Origin: an uncultured Clostridia bacterium
Lineage (GTDB): Bacteria; Bacillota; Clostridia; Christensenellales; UBA3700
Assembly: GCA_944380395.1 (NCBI GenBank)
Contig: CALWHM010000005.1
Coordinates: forward strand, 217 to 64,216
Direction: 5' to 3'
Length of the DNA: 64,000 bases
In this document: positions 58,997-64,000 of the stretch, piece by piece
Numbering within the stretch: the stretch's first letter is position 1
Layout: each line of letters starts with the position of its first letter
Translations under genes and position numbers: made by a program
Notes under the pieces: generated by a model
The model's input: the letters and a program-made list of their open reading frames with translations, nothing else
Database searches by the model: none
Told to the model about the DNA's origin: nothing

Positions 58997-59710
58997 ATGG
59001 AAATTTACGCCAAGGGAATGGGATATTTGCAATTGAACGAAGCCGTACGCGCCTGCACGGATAACAGGATATCCATACGCGGCTGTAACGGGCAGCGGTT
59101 TATAGCCTGCGCAAGTTCGGGCAGACAAATAGACGTGCACGGAGTGGCGGGCAACGGCGCGGGCGCCTATATGGAAAGCGGCGTTTTGAATGTGTACGGC
59201 AACGCGCAGGACGCGCTTGCGGACACTATGAACGGAGGAGAAGTGTATGTGTTCGGCAGCTGCGGAGACGCGGCGGCGTACGCTATGCGCGGGGGCGAAG
59301 TGTTCGTGCGCGGCGACGCGGGATACAGAGCCGGGGTGCATATGAAGGAGTACGGGGAACACGTGCCCGCGCTCGTCATAGGCGGCAGAGCTGGGTGCTT
59401 TTTGGGAGAATATCTCGCGGGCGGGATAATAGCCGTGCTCAACTTGCAAAACAGCGCGCAGGCGCTGGGAGAAGAAGCGGCGCGCGGTATGCACGGCGGC
59501 AGGATATACGTGCGCGGCGGCATAAACGTACCTCTGCCCGACTGCGTGACGGCGCGAACCGCGGATAAAGAGGATATGTGCGTTTTGGCGGGCTATCTGA
59601 AAAAGTTCTGCGCGGCGTTCGGCGGCGACGCAAAAAAGCTGGCGGCTGAAGAGTTCACGCTGATAACTCCCGCAAATAAGGCTTCAAAGCGGCTGTATGC
59701 GGGCAATTGA
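58997..59710 (+). CDS. Glutamate synthase GXGXG domain subunit
   Basis: GQRFIA, GN..GAYM, GDAGYR.GVHMKEY, FLGEYLAGG, GMHGG. Confidence 0.92.
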   Translation: MEIYAKGMGYLQLNEAVRACTDNRISIRGCNGQRFIACASSGRQIDVHGVAGNGAGAYMESGVLNVYGNAQDALADTMNGGEVYVFGSCGDAAAYAMRGGEVFVRGDAGYRAGVHMKEYGEHVPALVIGGRAGCFLGEYLAGGIIAVLNLQNSAQALGEEAARGMHGGRIYVRGGINVPLPDCVTARTADKEDMCVLAGYLKKFCAAFGGDAKKLAAEEFTLITPANKASKRLYAGN

Positions 59711-59775
59711 GTTTACTTGCGCAGTGAATTTGCGCTATAATTAAAGAAAGTTATGCTTTATCTACGGAGGTAACT

Positions 59776-60996
59776 ATGCAATACACCAGATACGATGTGG
59801 AAGAATTCGTGCGCGAGCAGGACGCGAAATTCGTAAGACTTGCGTTTTGCGATATTTTCGGCAATCAGAAGAATATATCCGTCGTCCCCGCGCAGCTGGC
59901 AAAGGCGTTCGATTACGGAATATCTTTCGACGCGTCCGCGGTAAAGGGCTTTATGAACGTGGAAAATTCCGATCTGCTGCTCAAACCCGATCCCGCAACG
60001 ATGAGCGTTTTGCCGTGGCGTTCGCACGACGGCACGGTGATACGTATGTTCTGCGATATATACAAGCCGGACGGCACGCCGTTCACCGCTTCGGGCAGAT
60101 ATATTCTGAAAAAAGCGTGCGAGCATGCGCGCGAGATGGGATACACCTGCCATATAGGCACGGAATGCGAATTTTATCTGTTTTTGACGGATGAAAACGG
60201 TGAGCCTACCGCCAAGCCGTTGGATAAAGGCGGATACTTTGACATATATCCGCTGGACAAAGGCGAGAATGTGCGCCGCGAGATATGCAATACTCTTACG
60301 GAGATGGGGCTGTTTCCCGAACGCAGTCATCACGAACAGGGACCGGGACAGAACGAGATAGATTTCCGCCATGCCGAACCCGTGACGGCGGCGGACAATT
60401 TGGTGACTTTCCGTTGGATAGTTTCAAATGTGGCGCAGGCTAACGGACTGTGCGCGTCCTTCGATCCCAAGCCGCTCAAAGGGGAAAGCGGCAACGGTCT
60501 GCACGTGAATATTTCCCTTGAAAAGGACGGCAAAAACATATTCGCTTCGGGCGGCAGGGACGCAGGCGCGTTTATCGCCGGCGTTATGAACAGGGCGGCG
60601 GAGACGACGGCTTTTACCAATCCCTTGCCGCAGTCTTACGAGCGTTTGGGGTGCTGTGAAGCGCCCAGATACATAACCTGGTCGCGCGGCAACCGCAGTC
60701 AGCTCATTCGCGTGCCGTATGCGGACGAGGCGGGCAGGCGCATAGAGCTGCGCTCTCCCGACCCTTCGTGCAATCCGTATATCGTATTTGCACTGCTCAT
60801 AGAAGCGGGCTTGGAGGGAATAAGCACGGATATGAAGTTGGCTCCCGCCTGCGATAAGAATATGTTCGAGCAGGAGGAAGGAGCGTATCCCGCGCTGCCG
60901 TCCGACCTTGCCCGCGCAGCGGAACTTGCGCGTGAAAGCGCTTTCGTGCAAAAAGTGCTCTCGCGCGAATTGACGGAAAAATATTTGGACAGATGA
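59776..60996 (+). CDS. glnA: Glutamine synthetase type I family
   Basis: GTECEFYLF, HHEQGPGQNEIDF, PKP..GESGNGLH, NRSQLIRVP, RIELRSPDPSCNPY. Confidence 0.93.
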   Translation: MQYTRYDVEEFVREQDAKFVRLAFCDIFGNQKNISVVPAQLAKAFDYGISFDASAVKGFMNVENSDLLLKPDPATMSVLPWRSHDGTVIRMFCDIYKPDGTPFTASGRYILKKACEHAREMGYTCHIGTECEFYLFLTDENGEPTAKPLDKGGYFDIYPLDKGENVRREICNTLTEMGLFPERSHHEQGPGQNEIDFRHAEPVTAADNLVTFRWIVSNVAQANGLCASFDPKPLKGESGNGLHVNISLEKDGKNIFASGGRDAGAFIAGVMNRAAETTAFTNPLPQSYERLGCCEAPRYITWSRGNRSQLIRVPYADEAGRRIELRSPDPSCNPYIVFALLIEAGLEGISTDMKLAPACDKNMFEQEEGAYPALPSDLARAAELARESAFVQKVLSRELTEKYLDR

Positions 60997-60997
60997 T

Positions 60998-61558
60998 ATG
61001 AAGGTATTGCTTGCTTCTCTTGCTCAAATAGACGTGTGCGACATTTTAGGCAGCGCAGCTTCGCGCTGTGAGATAGTGCGCGTCAGCGGAGCGGGGCAGG
61101 CGCGCCGCAGGCTTGCGGACGATTCTTACGCCATGCTTATAATCAACACTCCTTTGGAGGACGAACTGGGCGCGGAGCTTGCCATACAGGCGGCGGAGCG
61201 CACTGGGGCGGGCGTGCTCATCTTGGTCAAACAGGGCATTTACGCAATGGCGGCGGACAAGCTGGAACCTTACGGTGTGATAGTGCTGCAAAAGCCGTAT
61301 ACCGCCGCGGACGCACAGCGGGCTTCGCGCCTGCTTTTGGCTACGTCCGCGCGCTTGCAGAATATGAAAAAAACCACGCTCAAACTGCGCGGACAGATAG
61401 AGGAACTGAAGGTTATCTACCGCGCCAAATGCGTGCTTATGCAATATTTGGGTATGACGGAGGAAGAGGCGCATAAATACATAGAGCGCACCGCTATGGA
61501 GAGCAGGCGCAGCAAGTATCGCGTGGCAATGGACGTTATAGAAACTTATGACGGATAA
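60998..61558 (+). CDS. ANTAR-domain RNA-binding antiterminator (AmiR/NasT/NitR-like, degenerate receiver domain)
   Basis: IYRAKCVLMQYLGMTEEEAHKYIERTAM; phosphoacceptor position reads LIIN. Confidence 0.92.
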   Translation: MKVLLASLAQIDVCDILGSAASRCEIVRVSGAGQARRRLADDSYAMLIINTPLEDELGAELAIQAAERTGAGVLILVKQGIYAMAADKLEPYGVIVLQKPYTAADAQRASRLLLATSARLQNMKKTTLKLRGQIEELKVIYRAKCVLMQYLGMTEEEAHKYIERTAMESRRSKYRVAMDVIETYDG

Positions 61559-61582
61559 AATGAGTTTGTAAGTTAAAATGCT

Positions 61583-61668
61583 TTGACATCCGCGCCTTGC
61601 GGCGTTATAATGTAAAAGAACAAAGGCGTTCGTTCCGAGTCTGCTCGGAGCGGGCGCTTTTTTATTTT
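61583..61668 (+). promoter_or_regulatory. pyrG promoter and ANTAR-like leader attenuator
   Basis: TTGACA-17-TATAAT; GAAC-AAAGGC-GTTC (61618-61631) overlaps terminator ending GGGCGCTTTTTTATTTT. Confidence 0.75.
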
Positions 61669-61680
61669 GCGGAGGCAGGT

Positions 61681-63282
61681 ATGAGTAAGTACATTTTCGT
61701 AACGGGCGGCGTGGTATCCGGATTGGGAAAGGGGATAACCGTCGCGTCTTTGGGCAGGTTGCTCAAATCAAAGGGATTAAAAGTGGCGGCGCAGAAGCTG
61801 GACCCGTATATCAATGTGGATCCCGGGACGATGAGTCCTTATCAGCACGGGGAAGTGTTCGTCACGGAGGACGGCGCGGAGACCGATCTTGACTTGGGAC
61901 ACTATGAGAGGTTTATAGACGAAAACACGAATAAGTATTCCAATCTCACCACGGGAAAAGTGTATTACAACGTCATCAAAAAAGAGCGTGAGGGCGCGTA
62001 CTTGGGCGGCACCGTGCAGGTGATACCGCATATCACGGACGAAATAAAGCGGTTTATCTACTCCGTGGGACAAAAGAGCGGCGCGGACGTGGTCATCACG
62101 GAAATAGGCGGCACGATAGGGGATATAGAAAGTCAGCCGTTTTTGGAGGCGGTCAGGCAGGTGTGCTTTGAAAAGAGGGGAGAGAGCATGCTCATTCACG
62201 TAACGCTCGTGCCGTTTATTGACGGCTCCGACGAATACAAGACCAAGCCCACACAGCATTCCGTCAAGCAGCTGCAGTCTATGGGCTTAAAGCCTGACAT
62301 CATAGTCACGCGCTGCCGCGAGCGGCTCCCGCGCGACGTCAAGGACAAAATAGCCATGTTCTGCAATGTGGAAAGGGAGTGCGTGATAGACAACGTCACA
62401 CTTGAAAGTCTTTACGAAGCGCCGCTTATGCTGGAAGAAGAGGGGTTAAGTTCCAAGGTGTGCAAAACGCTGGGGATAGAGGATAAACCCTGCCGCCTTG
62501 AAGAGTGGAAAGATATGGTCAAGCGCATAAAATCCGGGGGCAGGGGCGTAAAAATCGCGCTTGTGGGCAAGTATGTAAAACTTCATGACGCCTATCTTTC
62601 CGTGGCGGAGGCGCTCAGGCACGGCGGACTTGCGCACGGGTTGAAGGTGGAGATAGGCTGGGAGGATTCCGAAACGCTGAACAGGCAAAACGCAAAGGAG
62701 CGCCTTGGCGGTTACGGAGGAGTGATAGTGCCCGGAGGATTCGGCATAAGGGGCGTGGAAGGAATGATAGCCGCGGCGGAATATTGCAGGGTAAACAAAG
62801 TGCCGTATTTCGGCATATGCCTGGGAATGCAGACAGCGGTGATTGAATTTGCGCGCAACGTGCTGGGCTGGGCGGACGCGGATTCGGGAGAGCTTAACAG
62901 CGTGTCTTCACATAAGGTTATCGACCTTATGGCGGATCAGTACGGGGACATACCCAAGGGCGGAACAATGCGCTTGGGCGCTTATCCGTGCGTGCTTGCA
63001 AAGGGCAGCCGCGCCGCCGAGATATACGGACAAGAGCAGATAAGCGAACGCCACCGCCACCGCTACGAATTTAACGATAAGTACAGGCGGGATATGCAAA
63101 ACGCAGGACTTACCGTATGCGGGCGCTCCCCCGACGGTAAACTTACGGAGGCGGTGGAGATAAGTTCCGCGCCGTTCTATATAGGCGTGCAGTTCCACCC
63201 CGAATTCAAGTCGCGCCCCAACAGACCGCATCCGCTGTTTGCGGCGTTTGTGAATGAGTGTGCGAAAAACAGTCAGAGGTGA
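61681..63282 (+). CDS. pyrG: CTP synthase
   Basis: [37 protein letters not shown]. Confidence 0.98.
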   Translation: MSKYIFVTGGVVSGLGKGITVASLGRLLKSKGLKVAAQKLDPYINVDPGTMSPYQHGEVFVTEDGAETDLDLGHYERFIDENTNKYSNLTTGKVYYNVIKKEREGAYLGGTVQVIPHITDEIKRFIYSVGQKSGADVVITEIGGTIGDIESQPFLEAVRQVCFEKRGESMLIHVTLVPFIDGSDEYKTKPTQHSVKQLQSMGLKPDIIVTRCRERLPRDVKDKIAMFCNVERECVIDNVTLESLYEAPLMLEEEGLSSKVCKTLGIEDKPCRLEEWKDMVKRIKSGGRGVKIALVGKYVKLHDAYLSVAEALRHGGLAHGLKVEIGWEDSETLNRQNAKERLGGYGGVIVPGGFGIRGVEGMIAAAEYCRVNKVPYFGICLGMQTAVIEFARNVLGWADADSGELNSVSSHKVIDLMADQYGDIPKGGTMRLGAYPCVLAKGSRAAEIYGQEQISERHRHRYEFNDKYRRDMQNAGLTVCGRSPDGKLTEAVEISSAPFYIGVQFHPEFKSRPNRPHPLFAAFVNECAKNSQR

Positions 63283-63286
63283 TAAA

Positions 63287-64000
63287 ATGAACGTGAGCAA
63301 AACTTTTGAAAATTTGACCCCCAGCTATCTCTTTGCGGAGGTGGCGGCGCGCGTTGCGGCTTACAAGGCGCAGCACTCGGAAAGCAAAGTCATATCGCTG
63401 GGCATAGGAGATGTCACGCTGCCGCTTATTCCGCCCGTTGTGGAGGCGCTGAAAAGCGCGGCGGAGGAGATGGGCACGAGGGAAGGCTTCCGTGGCTACG
63501 GACCCGAGCAGGGATATTCTTTTTTGCGCGGAGCCGTCGCAAACTATTATGCGGGCAAAGGCGTTTCCTTGAAAGAAGAGGAGATATTCATCTCCGACGG
63601 GGCCAAAAGCGACCTGGGCAACCTTTTGGATATATTTCCGCGCGGTATCACCGCGCTCATTCCCGACCCGGTATATCCCGCTTACGTGGACGCGAATATA
63701 ATGTCAGGGAATAAGTTAGCGTACGCAAAAGCGCTGCCCGAAAACGGATTTCTTCCTATGCCCGACGCCGCCGTCAAGGCGGACGTCATATATATCTGTT
63801 CGCCCAACAACCCCACGGGCGCGGCTTACGATATGCGCGGACTTAAAGCGTGGGTGGACTACGCGTTGAATACGGGCGCGCTCATCGTCTATGACGCCGC
63901 GTACGAGCGGTTTATTTCGGACAAAACACTCCCCACCACGATATTCTCCGTCCCCGACGCCAAGTACTGCGCCGTGGAAGTGTGTTCGCTCTCAAAAATG
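63287..64000 (+). CDS. dapL: LL-diaminopimelate aminotransferase (truncated by window end)
   Basis: SYLFAE, ISLGIGDVTLPL, GYGPEQGY, ISDGAKSD, PDPVYP.YVD, CSPNNPTG, YDAAY. Confidence 0.93.
   Translation, partial: MNVSKTFENLTPSYLFAEVAARVAAYKAQHSESKVISLGIGDVTLPLIPPVVEALKSAAEEMGTREGFRGYGPEQGYSFLRGAVANYYAGKGVSLKEEEIFISDGAKSDLGNLLDIFPRGITALIPDPVYPAYVDANIMSGNKLAYAKALPENGFLPMPDAAVKADVIYICSPNNPTGAAYDMRGLKAWVDYALNTGALIVYDAAYERFISDKTLPTTIFSVPDAKYCAVEVCSLSKM

Overview
This window is chromosomal DNA from a Bacillota (Clostridia-like) gut-type bacterium. Housekeeping genes are ppa, comEC, asnA, ychF, argS, murB, mnmE, rubrerythrin, feoA-feoA-feoB, a two-component system, and a nitrogen-assimilation cluster (asnB, type III GS, split archaeal-type glutamate synthase, type I GS, ANTAR regulator, pyrG, dapL). 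Three accessory regions interrupt them. (1) A complete type II-A CRISPR-Cas9 locus (tracrRNA, cas9-cas1-cas2-csn2, 31 repeats) has an odd degenerate trailer whose pseudo-spacers share a GTACAT motif. (2) A ~2.9 kb mostly non-coding mosaic of palindromes and tandem repeats precedes a 1833-aa BspA-type LRR surface protein. (3) A ~10 kb AT-richer island next to tRNA-Ser encodes an apparently TM-less FtsK/EssC-like ATPase, five ~90-aa WXG100-like (WxD) proteins, an R-S-E ADP-ribosyltransferase toxin, a candidate immunity gene and a membrane-anchored LRR protein. This minimal, non-canonical type VII-like toxin system is the best candidate for an undescribed system. A conserved AANGGC-loop leader hairpin upstream of four glutamine-related operons suggests an ANTAR antitermination regulon that includes pyrG and asnB. 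All calls were made by eye; no database searches were run.
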